Positions 57,450 through 64,000 of a DNA stretch of 64,000 bases are shown here, piece by piece. The first letter of the stretch is position 1, and the number at the start of each line of letters is the position of its first letter. The translations under genes were made by a program, and so were the position numbers. The notes below the pieces were generated by a model, which worked only from the letters and a program-made list of their open reading frames with translations, did not search any database and was not told the DNA's origin. Source of the stretch: a virus; IMG/VR virus record IMGVR_UViG_3300049783_001127. One strand, given 5' to 3'.

Positions 57450-59009
57450 ATGTATATAGAAATTAATATTTATAATATGAGAAATGATAGCATTAACTGG
57501 ACATGGCTTATAGAAACAGGCCGTATTCAGGAAGCAACAGCAGATGAAGATTATATATTAGTAGGATCTTTTGATACTACTAAGAAGACATCTAGTACTG
57601 CAAATAGAACAAGAGAGTACATGATTAAGGTTTCAGATTTCTTGGCAAACGTAGCCCCCGGAGCAGAAGCTTGGACATCTTTAACAGATACTCCTGGAAC
57701 TATTACAGCAGACCAAATGGTTGTTGGAAATGCTTTAGGTACTGGTTTAGAGTTTGCGCCAGTTCCTGTTACTGAAAACACTTGGGAAGTCCCTACAGTA
57801 GCATTTGTAAACCCTGATCCTGCGATTGGAAATGATGGTACAGCTGTAATTGGAGATGGAAATAAGCCGTATCGAACTATTGCAGCAGCACATGCAGCTT
57901 CTAATATAATATTCTTTCAGCCCTACAATAATTACACCGAAGCTTTTGCACCAGGTACAGGGAAAACGTACTTCTCTTATCCAGGCGTTATTTTCACTTC
58001 TGGAGGAATAAATAGTACAGGTGCCACTTTGGTAGGTACTAAATTCTTGGGCTATGCTAAATTCTTAGGGAATCAAAGATTAATATATTTAGACAATGCA
58101 ACTCTTACAGATGTTGTTATAGAATTTGACAGTGCTGAAACTACAGCTGGAGCAGGAAACGGATGTGTGAGAATTGACTGTGATAACCCTAGCACATTAA
58201 CTTTTAAATGTAATAGTCTTAAAGATATTTATAATGGAAATGCATTCGGAGCCTTATTTAAAGGTCCAATATCAGGAACATTAGATGTAGCGGATAGTAT
58301 TATAGGTTCTTATGGTGTTTTGGAATTAGGTTTCTCGGGAGAATACTTGAGGAATTTCACTGTTAATTGTCCTAGAATAGTTTGTCTTGATGGAGGGGCA
58401 GCAGGAAACAATGCATCGTTTAAACAGGCTATTAAATACGGAGGAACCGAAGCCGGATATAAAACCACAATAAATGGAAACATTTACCATGAAACAGTAG
58501 GGACTTTAGCTTCTGTATCAGGATGTGTTGTAGCTCAATATGCAGGAGGAGGTACATTAGAGATTAACGGAAGTATTGAAGGAGGGGACCAAAGAGGTAT
58601 TGTTAATTTTTCCACTGATAAAATTATCCTAAACGGTGGGGGCATTGAAACTGTCGCTGCTTCTTTCTTTGTTACTAATGGGGAGCTTGTAATTAAGGAT
58701 TCCACAATAGTCCAGGGAATAGCAAACAGTATAACTGGATCTCCGAAAGTATGGATTTATGGGTCTACTATCAACTCCACTACAACGGCAAACATAATTG
58801 ATCACTTGAGTGGGACATCTCAATTAGTAATTAGAGACACTGACGCTCAAGGAAGCACAGGAGAGTTTGTAAATACAGGTGGTGCTGCAAACAAAGTAGG
58901 GATGACAAATGTTGTATCTAACTTAGCAAATGACGTAAGTATGGGAAGTTTATACTCTGCGCTTGGGTTCACTCAAGACGATGCATTGGTAACACCTGAC
59001 TCAATTTAA
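57450..59009 (+). CDS. Beta-helix-type tail fibre/tailspike-like protein
   Basis: 519 aa, rich in G/N/T/S. Repetitive short beta-strand segments (NGGGIETVAASFFVTNGELVIKDSTIVQGIANSITGS...) typical of right-handed beta-helix receptor-binding proteins. Confidence 0.45.
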   Translation: MYIEINIYNMRNDSINWTWLIETGRIQEATADEDYILVGSFDTTKKTSSTANRTREYMIKVSDFLANVAPGAEAWTSLTDTPGTITADQMVVGNALGTGLEFAPVPVTENTWEVPTVAFVNPDPAIGNDGTAVIGDGNKPYRTIAAAHAASNIIFFQPYNNYTEAFAPGTGKTYFSYPGVIFTSGGINSTGATLVGTKFLGYAKFLGNQRLIYLDNATLTDVVIEFDSAETTAGAGNGCVRIDCDNPSTLTFKCNSLKDIYNGNAFGALFKGPISGTLDVADSIIGSYGVLELGFSGEYLRNFTVNCPRIVCLDGGAAGNNASFKQAIKYGGTEAGYKTTINGNIYHETVGTLASVSGCVVAQYAGGGTLEINGSIEGGDQRGIVNFSTDKIILNGGGIETVAASFFVTNGELVIKDSTIVQGIANSITGSPKVWIYGSTINSTTTANIIDHLSGTSQLVIRDTDAQGSTGEFVNTGGAANKVGMTNVVSNLANDVSMGSLYSALGFTQDDALVTPDSI

Positions 59010-59024
59010 ATTATTAATAACAAT

Positions 59025-59717
59025 ATGATGAAACTAAAAATTATGAGTAAAGCACTTTTAGTAATGTCTCTAGCAATGACATCATGCCAACAACAAAATA
59101 TTGAATCGCCTAACAAGAAAATTGTTATGTTAGGTGATTCAGGCATAAAACAAATAGACGGTCAGCTCTCAGGAGTTAATCAATCTTCTTGGAACGCTTT
59201 GATGGGTCATAACAATATGATCAACTTAGGTTTTAATGGATACGCAACAGCAAATATCATAAGCTATGGCAATCCTGCACCTTTGGCCTTGGCTATTGCA
59301 GAAGCCCCTGATCTATTATACTTAAGTATAGGTGGAAATGATGGTGCTGCAGGACAAGGTAGTGGTGTATCTTTAGCTACAACTATGGCTAATCTTGAAA
59401 ATATATGTAATCAAATAAAAGCTGCAAACATTCCATTTGTAATTGTTTCTGTTCTCCCTTTCACTAAGATAAGAAATGAAACCGCTGGTGGGGGTGTAGG
59501 GATATTCAATGACAACTTTCAAAACATGAATGATGCTATTATCCAGTTTTGCGCAGACAATGAATATGAATGCATGGATATACGCCCTTATGTTTGTTAT
59601 AGAGAAAATGGCTTATGGCACTTAAGAGACAGTCTCACTTTTGACGGAGTCCACTTAACTTTTGAAGGATATGAACAGTGGGCAATACCTCTAAGTTACA
59701 GTATTAACCAACATTAA
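59025..59717 (+). CDS. SGNH/GDSL-family hydrolase lipoprotein
   Basis: Signal plus lipobox (LAMTSC). Block I GDSGI, block III GGNDG, block V DGVHLT. Confidence 0.7.
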   Translation: MMKLKIMSKALLVMSLAMTSCQQQNIESPNKKIVMLGDSGIKQIDGQLSGVNQSSWNALMGHNNMINLGFNGYATANIISYGNPAPLALAIAEAPDLLYLSIGGNDGAAGQGSGVSLATTMANLENICNQIKAANIPFVIVSVLPFTKIRNETAGGGVGIFNDNFQNMNDAIIQFCADNEYECMDIRPYVCYRENGLWHLRDSLTFDGVHLTFEGYEQWAIPLSYSINQH

Positions 59718-59723
59718 ATAAAA

Positions 59724-59755
59724 AAGCCTTGGATCAGTTCTAAGGCTTTTTTTTA
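59724..59755 (+). terminator. Rho-independent terminator
   Basis: AGCCTT-ggatcagttct-AAGGCT followed by a T-run. Confidence 0.6.
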
Positions 59756-59776
59756 CTTTTACATAAAAACCAACAG

Positions 59777-60184
59777 ATGAAACATAAAGAAATTAAGTTG
59801 CTCCCGTCCCAATGGACAATGGATGTAGTAGAGTGTGCTAATGAAGACTATGAGAAGTTAGATGTCTGGATGTCTAAGAGGTATGGTATACCAATGTGTG
59901 AATTAGATGACGGCCATAATATTAACGCAGTCCATAGTATAGAGTCCTCACCTAAATCTCCACTTAAAGGTAGGAGGCTTATCTTGCTAGCACTCAATGA
60001 CTTAAATGATGATGGTGTATTAGTACATGAGTTGTTACACGTTCTGTGGCACCATGCTAAACATGTGGGTTACAATATGGACTATGAGTCACAAGAATGG
60101 CAGGCCATAATGATTGAGTACATATTCAATGAAGTTAAGGACAAAAAGGGTTGGAAGAGAGTTCCTGCAAAAGATATGAAGTAG
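59777..60184 (+). CDS. Small HExxH-motif protein (putative zinc metallopeptidase-like)
   Basis: LVHELLHVLWHH. Confidence 0.4.
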   Translation: MKHKEIKLLPSQWTMDVVECANEDYEKLDVWMSKRYGIPMCELDDGHNINAVHSIESSPKSPLKGRRLILLALNDLNDDGVLVHELLHVLWHHAKHVGYNMDYESQEWQAIMIEYIFNEVKDKKGWKRVPAKDMK

Positions 60185-60295
60185 TATCCGGCAATATTCT
60201 TTAAGGTATACATCTACCCTCTAGTTAAGTTATAAAGATTATCAGAACTTTGGAAGATTCATATTAAGTAACTAATTTAGCAAAAACTAATAGAT

Positions 60296-60571
60296 ATGAG
60301 CGTAAGATTTAAACCAATGGGAGATGGAGTTCTAATTGCTCCAGTTATCCCACCAAAAGAAACAATATCCCCAGCAGGGATTGTAACAACAGTAAATACA
60401 CCTGAGCTTCCTACAAGAGGTGATATAGTAATTACAGGAGAAGAAGTAAAATACACTACAAAAGGTGATACTGTCCTCTTCGGTATACATGCAGGTAAAG
60501 ATGTAGAAGTAGATGGAGTAGTTTACAAATTAATCAAAGAAGGAAATTTAGATGGATTTTTTCTAGATTAA
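60296..60571 (+). CDS. groS: GroES-like co-chaperonin (Cpn10/gp31-like)
   Basis: F-K-P-M-G-D-G-V-L-I start and the size (91 aa) match Cpn10; the mobile-loop region is proline-rich. Beta-barrel-type sequence. Confidence 0.55.
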   Translation: MSVRFKPMGDGVLIAPVIPPKETISPAGIVTTVNTPELPTRGDIVITGEEVKYTTKGDTVLFGIHAGKDVEVDGVVYKLIKEGNLDGFFLD

Positions 60572-60713
60572 ACTTGTTTATTAACAAATTAGTATTAATT
60601 TAGCAGCATGAATAACACACTATATAGCAGATGTCTCTCGTTATGGTTCCGCCCGGATCCTGAGATGACCATGCTATAACCTGTTTTTCACATTGTTTTT
60701 AAATTAGGTATTA

Positions 60714-60746
60714 AGCTCCAGGTCATTTGATCTGGGGCTTTTTTTA
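60714..60746 (+). terminator. Strong rho-independent terminator
   Basis: 11-bp stem AGCTCCAGGTC-attt-GATCTGGGGCT followed by TTTTTTT. Confidence 0.7.
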
Positions 60747-60747
60747 T

Positions 60748-60820
60748 GGAGGTATAGCAAAGATGGACTATGCGGGGGTTTGAAGAACCTTAGATCCAAG
60801 ATCGTTACTTGGTGCCTCCA
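60748..60820 (+). tRNA. tRNA-like element / probable pseudo-tRNA (73 nt, aberrant anticodon arm)
   Basis: Acceptor GGAGGTA/TGCCTCC and T-arm CCAAG-ATCGTTA-CTTGG are present, but the anticodon stem is poor. Confidence 0.3.
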
Positions 60821-60825
60821 CACAT

Positions 60826-60896
60826 GGGATGGATTATGGTGATAGCCGGGACTGTAAATCCCTAGCAGGTTGGTTCGAGTCCAGCGCATCCCACCA
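60826..60896 (+). tRNA. tRNA (anticodon read as GTA, Tyr?; atypical short form)
   Basis: T-arm GTTGG-TTCGAGT-CCAGC. Acceptor GGGATGG/GCATCCC, discriminator A plus an encoded CCA. D-arm irregular. Confidence 0.4.
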
Positions 60897-60901
60897 ATTA
60901 T

Positions 60902-60985
60902 AGAGGGCATCCGGCTGGATGAGGAGCTGATCTTGAAAATCAGTAGCACTGAAAGGTGTTTAGAGTTCGAGTCTCTAGCCCTCTA
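60902..60985 (+). tRNA. tRNA-Ser(TGA), class II
   Basis: Acceptor AGAGGGC/GCCCTCT, anticodon stem CTGAT/ATCAG with loop CTTGAAA, long variable arm, T-arm TAGAG-TTCGAGT-CTCTA. Confidence 0.65.
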
Positions 60986-60990
60986 CATAC

Positions 60991-61059
60991 GCGTCTCAGG
61001 CCGGGGTGGCCAAACGGATTCCAAACCCGTAGGGCAGAGTTCAACTCTTTGGGGGCGCG
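60991..61059 (+). tRNA. tRNA (anticodon read as CCA, Trp?)
   Basis: Acceptor GCGTCTC/GGGGCGC (two G-U pairs), anticodon loop TTCCAAA, T-arm CAGAG-TTCAACT-CTTTG. Confidence 0.4.
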
Positions 61060-61064
61060 CAAAT

Positions 61065-61135
61065 GGTACCATGAGTGAGTGGCTAACTGCCGGTCTGCAA
61101 AACCGGTTACGCTGGTTCAAATCCAGCTGGTACCT
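61065..61135 (+). tRNA. tRNA-Cys(GCA)
   Basis: Acceptor GGTACCA/TGGTACC, anticodon stem CCGGT/ACCGG with loop CTGCAAA, T-arm GCTGG-TTCAAAT-CCAGC. Confidence 0.7.
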
Positions 61136-61227
61136 CAAACAGAGAGAGAACCTACCTGGGTAGGCTGCCCCTGCTAAGGGCATGGGTGTGAAAGCACTGG
61201 GGATCAAGGCCTCCTCTCTCTACAAAT

Positions 61228-61309
61228 GCCTTTGTGGTGGAATTGGGAGACACAGCGGTCTTAGAAGCCGTGGCTGAAATGCATGAGAGTTCGAGTCTCT
61301 CCAGAGGTA
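61228..61309 (+). tRNA. tRNA-Leu(TAG), class II
   Basis: Acceptor GCCTTTG/CAGAGGT (G-U pairs), anticodon loop CTTAGAA, long variable arm, T-arm GAGAG-TTCGAGT-CTCTC. Confidence 0.5.
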
Positions 61310-61320
61310 CAATAACAAAT

Positions 61321-61393
61321 GCCCCCGTAGCTCAACTGCTAGAGCAACGCTCTTCTACAGCGTGGGTTAGAGGTTGGAATCCTCTCGGGGGTA
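61321..61393 (+). tRNA. tRNA-Arg(TCT)
   Basis: Acceptor GCCCCCG/CGGGGGT, D-stem GCTC/GAGC, anticodon stem ACGCT/AGCGT with loop CTTCTAC. Confidence 0.7.
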
Positions 61394-61401
61394 CTATACA
61401 A

Positions 61402-61474
61402 GGGGAAGTAGCTCAACAGCTAGAGCACTTGGCTACGAACTAAGAGGTTATGAGTTGGACTCTCATCTTTCCCT
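61402..61474 (+). tRNA. tRNA-Arg(ACG)
   Basis: Acceptor GGGGAAG/CTTTCCC, D-stem GCTC/GAGC, anticodon loop CTACGAA. Confidence 0.65.
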
Positions 61475-61479
61475 CTACT

Positions 61480-61563
61480 GCTCCAGTGGTGGAAATGGCT
61501 ATACACGACAGGCTTAAGACCTGTTGCCTTTAAGGATTGGGGGTTCGAATCCCTCCTGGAGTA
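61480..61563 (+). tRNA. tRNA-Leu(TAA), class II
   Basis: Acceptor GCTCCAG/CTGGAGT, anticodon stem ACAGG/CCTGT with loop CTTAAGA, long variable arm, T-arm GGGGG-TTCGAAT-CCCTC. Followed by a T-run. Confidence 0.65.
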
Positions 61564-61764
61564 CTTTTTTTAAAAATAATTGCTAATTAATTTGGTAGTT
61601 AAGAAACTATGCCTATATTTGCTTTAATAAACACTTAGAAACAGCATGTACAAGATACAACATATGGCGCCCGCAACGGCAATTACTAATCAGGTAGAAG
61701 GGAAAGATCCCAGCTGCCCGGAGAAGTCATATATGTAACTTAGTAACTACTAACTATACATTAA

Positions 61765-61793
61765 GCTCTCCGGGAAACCAGAGGGCTTTTTTT
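61765..61793 (+). terminator. Intrinsic terminator with a GNRA (GAAA) tetraloop inside the tRNA cluster
   Basis: GCTCTCCGG-gaaa-CCAGAGGGC followed by TTTTTTT. Confidence 0.6.
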
Positions 61794-61806
61794 ATGCCCG
61801 ATATAT

Positions 61807-61879
61807 CTAGATGTATATCAGTTGGTAGATGGCCTGCTTTGGGAGCAGGAGGCCGGGGGTTCGAGTCCCTCCATCTAGA
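61807..61879 (+). tRNA. tRNA-Pro(TGG)
   Basis: Acceptor CTAGATG/CATCTAG, anticodon stem CCTGC/GCAGG with loop TTTGGGA, T-loop TTCGAGT. Confidence 0.65.
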
Positions 61880-61893
61880 CTAAAAAATAACTA

Positions 61894-62054
61894 TGGATGA
61901 ATTAAGAGCAGAAATTGCAGAATTAGAAAGTACGTTAACAGGAGACATGTTTCAAGATATGGAGATAAAAGATAAAATCCATAATCTAAACATGAAACTA
62001 ACTGGGACAAAACCAACAGATAGTCACTTTGACTGTGTAGGATGTGGTAGTTAA
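61894..62054 (+). CDS. Small ORF (53 aa, MDELRAEIAELESTLTGDMFQDM...CVGCGS) inside the tRNA array
   Basis: ATG-started ORF filling the gap between tRNA-Pro and tRNA-Ala. Not in the track (under 60 aa). Confidence 0.3.
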
Positions 62055-62061
62055 AACAAAT

Positions 62062-62134
62062 GGGGAAGTAGCTCAAATGGATGAGCATCTGCCTTGCACG
62101 CAGAAGGATGAGGGTTCAACTCCCTTCTTCTCCA
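62062..62134 (+). tRNA. tRNA-Ala(TGC)
   Basis: Acceptor GGGGAAG/CTTCTCC, D-stem GCTC/GAGC, anticodon stem TCTGC/GCAGA with loop CTTGCAC, T-loop TTCAACT. Confidence 0.7.
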
Positions 62135-62167
62135 CAAATACAGACTTGGAAATCTGTATTATGCACA

Positions 62168-62240
62168 AGCGCGCTGTAGCTTAATGCTAAAGCATCTGCC
62201 TTCCAAGCAGAGGACGGAGTTGGATTCTCACGGTGCGCTC
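62168..62240 (+). tRNA. tRNA-Gly(TCC)-like (irregular T-stem; possibly degenerate)
   Basis: Anticodon stem TCTGC/GCAGA with loop CTTCCAA. The T-stem needs a bulged nucleotide. Confidence 0.4.
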
Positions 62241-62249
62241 AATTAATAT

Positions 62250-62325
62250 GGTCTATGGGGCTGCTTGGTGTGGCCACTCCCCTGTCACGGGAGATATCAG
62301 ATGGGTTCAAATCCCATATGGACCG
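62250..62325 (+). tRNA. tRNA-Asp(GTC)
   Basis: Acceptor GGTCTAT/ATGGACC, anticodon stem CTCCC/GGGAG with loop CTGTCAC, T-arm ATGGG-TTCAAAT-CCCAT. Confidence 0.65.
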
Positions 62326-62392
62326 CAGAGAGAGAGATGCAGGTAATCCTGCCCGACAGGTGGTGTAATTAACATACTCTCTATTAAATTAT

Positions 62393-62463
62393 GCCTCATA
62401 AGCTTTAAGGTGAAGCTCTTGACTGTTAATCAAAGGAAGGTGGCTCAATCCCATCATGAGGCG
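62393..62463 (+). tRNA. tRNA-Asn(GTT)
   Basis: Acceptor GCCTCAT/ATGAGGC, D-stem GCTT/AAGC, anticodon loop CTGTTAA. Confidence 0.55.
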
Positions 62464-62469
62464 CAAAAC

Positions 62470-62543
62470 AGGTGTATAGCTCAATTGGTTAGAGCACTTC
62501 GCTGATACCGAAGAGGTTATAGGTTCAATTCCTATTATACCTA
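62470..62543 (+). tRNA. tRNA-Ile(GAT)
   Basis: D-arm GCTC-AATTGGTT-AGAGC, anticodon stem CTTCG/CGAAG with loop CTGATAC, T-arm ATAGG-TTCAATT-CCTAT. Confidence 0.7.
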
Positions 62544-62554
62544 CAATATAAAAT

Positions 62555-62628
62555 AGGAGTATAGCTCAGGGGTTTAGAGCACTTCCCTTACAAGGAATAG
62601 GTCCGGGGTTCAAATCCCTGTACTCCTA
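62555..62628 (+). tRNA. tRNA-Val(TAC)
   Basis: Acceptor AGGAGTA/TACTCCT, D-stem GCTC/GAGC, anticodon loop CTTACAA, T-arm CGGGG-TTCAAAT-CCCTG. Confidence 0.6.
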
Positions 62629-62677
62629 CAGAAGAAAAAAGTATTATGAAAAAGAAGATAAAGATATTGAAACACTT

Positions 62678-62750
62678 AGTCCCCTAGCTCAACGGTTAGA
62701 GCATCACTCTTATAAGGTGAAGGTTATCAGTTCAATTCTGATGGGGGCTA
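62678..62750 (+). tRNA. tRNA with anticodon TAT (Ile-UAU type, AUA decoder)
   Basis: Acceptor AGTCCCC/GGGGGCT, D-stem GCTC/GAGC, anticodon stem TCACT/GGTGA with loop CTTATAA. Confidence 0.55.
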
Positions 62751-62759
62751 CAACAACAA

Positions 62760-62831
62760 GCCCCCTTAGCTCAATGGCGGAGCCACCGGCTTTTAACCGG
62801 TAGGACATTGGATCAGTACCAATAGGGGGTA
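62760..62831 (+). tRNA. tRNA-Lys(TTT)
   Basis: Acceptor GCCCCCT/AGGGGGT, anticodon stem ACCGG/CCGGT with loop CTTTTAA, T-stem ATTGG/CCAAT. Confidence 0.65.
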
Positions 62832-62842
62832 CAAAAATATAT

Positions 62843-62916
62843 AGCGGGATGGGAAGTAATTGGTAACTCCTTGGTCTCATAAGCCAACGTTCCGGGTTCA
62901 AGTCCCGGTTCCGCTA
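62843..62916 (+). tRNA. tRNA-Met(CAT) (Met/fMet/Ile2 type undetermined)
   Basis: Acceptor AGCGGGA/TTCCGCT, anticodon stem TTGGT/GCCAA with loop CTCATAA, T-arm CCGGG-TTCAAGT-CCCGG. Confidence 0.6.
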
Positions 62917-62990
62917 CCAACTAGTAAAGTTAAACACAATGAGAGTAGATTCAGACATATCAGAAGTAGAAGAAGGAGAAGAGACAATAT

Positions 62991-63063
62991 GCTCCGTTCT
63001 TCTAACTGGTCAGGAAACCACACTTTCAATGTGGCAACACGGGTTCGAGCCCCGTACGGAGTA
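62991..63063 (+). tRNA. tRNA-Glu(TTC)
   Basis: Acceptor GCTCCGT/ACGGAGT, anticodon stem CCACA/TGTGG with loop CTTTCAA, T-arm ACGGG-TTCGAGC-CCCGT. Confidence 0.65.
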
Positions 63064-63110
63064 CCATCAGAGTACGCTACATCTGTTCTAGGTGTAGCAC
63101 CACAATTCAA

Positions 63111-63183
63111 GCTTCTAAAACATTTAATGGATGATGTCTGCTCTTGTAAAGCAGGGAACTAGGTTCGATTCCTAGTGGGAGCT
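63111..63183 (+). tRNA. tRNA-Thr(TGT)
   Basis: Acceptor GCTTCTA/TGGGAGC (G-U pairs), anticodon stem CTGCT/AGCAG with loop CTTGTAA, T-arm CTAGG-TTCGATT-CCTAG. Confidence 0.55.
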
Positions 63184-63191
63184 CTATATCT

Positions 63192-63266
63192 TGCCCGGTA
63201 GACAAAGTAGGCAAAGTCACCACACTTTGAATGTGGAATTTGTAGGTTCGAGGCCTGCCCGGGCAA
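63192..63266 (+). tRNA. tRNA-Gln(TTG)
   Basis: Acceptor TGCCCGG/CCGGGCA, anticodon stem CCACA/TGTGG with loop CTTTGAA, T-loop TTCGAGG. Confidence 0.6.
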
Positions 63267-63268
63267 CT

Positions 63269-63338
63269 GTGTTATTAGCTTATTGGTAAAGTGCTAGACT
63301 GTGAATCTAGAGAAGAGGGTTCGATTCCCCATAACACC
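63269..63338 (+). tRNA. tRNA-His(GTG)
   Basis: Acceptor GTGTTAT/ATAACAC, anticodon stem CTAGA/TCTAG with loop CTGTGAA, T-loop TTCGATT. Confidence 0.55.
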
Positions 63339-63472
63339 CCATTTAATTTGTTAGTCTTAAAGTTTTTCGCTATATTATAGTATGATAGTATTTGTAGGAG
63401 TAGGTATTGTATTAATTGCTTGCTACCACATAAAAAACTATTTTACAAAAGACTAGATTAAAACATAAATAT

Positions 63473-64000
63473 ATGGGATTAGGGAACCAAGGTGGTGGAG
63501 GTAACTCCGGAAACAAAAGAAGCAATCACAATTTTGAACATAGAGAACTGTTGATATTAGGTGAGCAATTGGCAAGATTGCAACTTCTAGCTACTGAGAC
63601 AACACTGATATCTGTTCTTAATGCCGTTATTGCATCTGATCAAGATATTGAAGTTTTACTTGTACGTGATACAGGTAATGCTGATCAAGTAGTATCACAG
63701 GTTACAAATTGGCAAACTGGAGTTCCCGTAGTGACATATACAGATGTCAATGGTGCTGCATATACACCAACAGGTCCTTTAGAGTATTTAGATCCTTCAG
63801 GAGTACTAAATCTCATTTTAACAGAAACATTAGCTCAAGGTTTAACTTTAGATAGTATTGATACTAGTCTTAGAACCCAAACAAGAACTGCAGGTTTAAT
63901 AAGACCAACAGGTGCAGGAACTATTTCTGCAGGAACCTATTCAGTAGCAATAGCAAATGTTGGTGCAGTAGATGGATTCTTCTTAGGAGTAACTTTAAAA
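63473..64000 (+). CDS. Hypothetical protein, 3'-truncated at the window end (Gly-rich N-terminus; possibly structural)
   Basis: ATG at 63473, then 176 codons with no stop to the window edge (MGLGNQGGGGNSGNKRSNHNFEH...). Absent from the ORF track because no stop codon is reached. Confidence 0.5.
   Translation, partial: MGLGNQGGGGNSGNKRSNHNFEHRELLILGEQLARLQLLATETTLISVLNAVIASDQDIEVLLVRDTGNADQVVSQVTNWQTGVPVVTYTDVNGAAYTPTGPLEYLDPSGVLNLILTETLAQGLTLDSIDTSLRTQTRTAGLIRPTGAGTISAGTYSVAIANVGAVDGFFLGVTLK

Noticed and set aside
61140-61320. tmRNA or intron-containing tRNA hypothesis for the irregular stretch after tRNA-Cys
   Set aside because: It is far too short for tmRNA and has no encoded CCA end. The 3' part folds satisfactorily as a class II tRNA-Leu(TAG) by itself, leaving an 88-nt structured spacer.
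60870-63162. ORFs of 63-100 aa overlapping the tRNA array (60870..61163, 60983..61207, 61234..61443, 62710..62901, 62860..63162, 62898..63110)
   Set aside because: They run across several well-folded tRNA genes and have odd composition (R-rich, L-rich), so they are spurious.

Overview
The window reads as part of a large, AT-rich virulent dsDNA phage genome (about 30-35% GC); no integrase, transposase or CRISPR array is recognisable. It has three blocks. (1) The 3' part of a huge plus-strand ORF (12..4517, more than 1500 aa, unknown function) ends at a bidirectional terminator. (2) A roughly 52-kb minus-strand block (4761..57133) is densely packed with replication, recombination and nucleotide-metabolism genes. 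These include a B-family DNA polymerase, a DnaB-like helicase, a Toprim primase, an SF2 helicase, an ATP-dependent DNA ligase, a RuvC-like resolvase, a RecB/Cas4-type nuclease, an HNH nuclease, a ParB/DGQHR-like protein and a HAD phosphatase. Striking accessory genes are interleaved: a full GroEL chaperonin, a TARG1/DarG-like macrodomain next to it, an array of small Cys-rich zinc-ribbon proteins, two consecutive AAA+(MoxR/CobS-like)/VWA(CobT-like) modules, and an SPFH/flotillin-like protein with a small membrane partner bracketed by terminators. One protein ends in the SSB-tail motif DDDLPF, and a short plus-strand membrane-protein cassette (28609..29525) is inserted in the block. (3) A plus-strand block (57450..64000) carries a beta-helix tail-fibre-like protein, an SGNH/GDSL lipoprotein, a small HExxH protein, a GroES-like co-chaperonin, an array of about 22-23 tRNA genes (60748..63338) broken by terminators, and a 3'-truncated ORF. 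Gene starts lack Shine-Dalgarno sequences and several recurrent upstream motifs contain TTTG or TATAAAT, so a Bacteroidota (Flavobacteriia-like) host is inferred but not proven. Several ORF-poor, structure-rich regions (51157..51870, 53440..53835, 56500..57450) and recurrent nucleotide motifs are reported as findings. One of these is the 11-mer TTGTAGAATGA, which sits exactly on stop/start overlaps.
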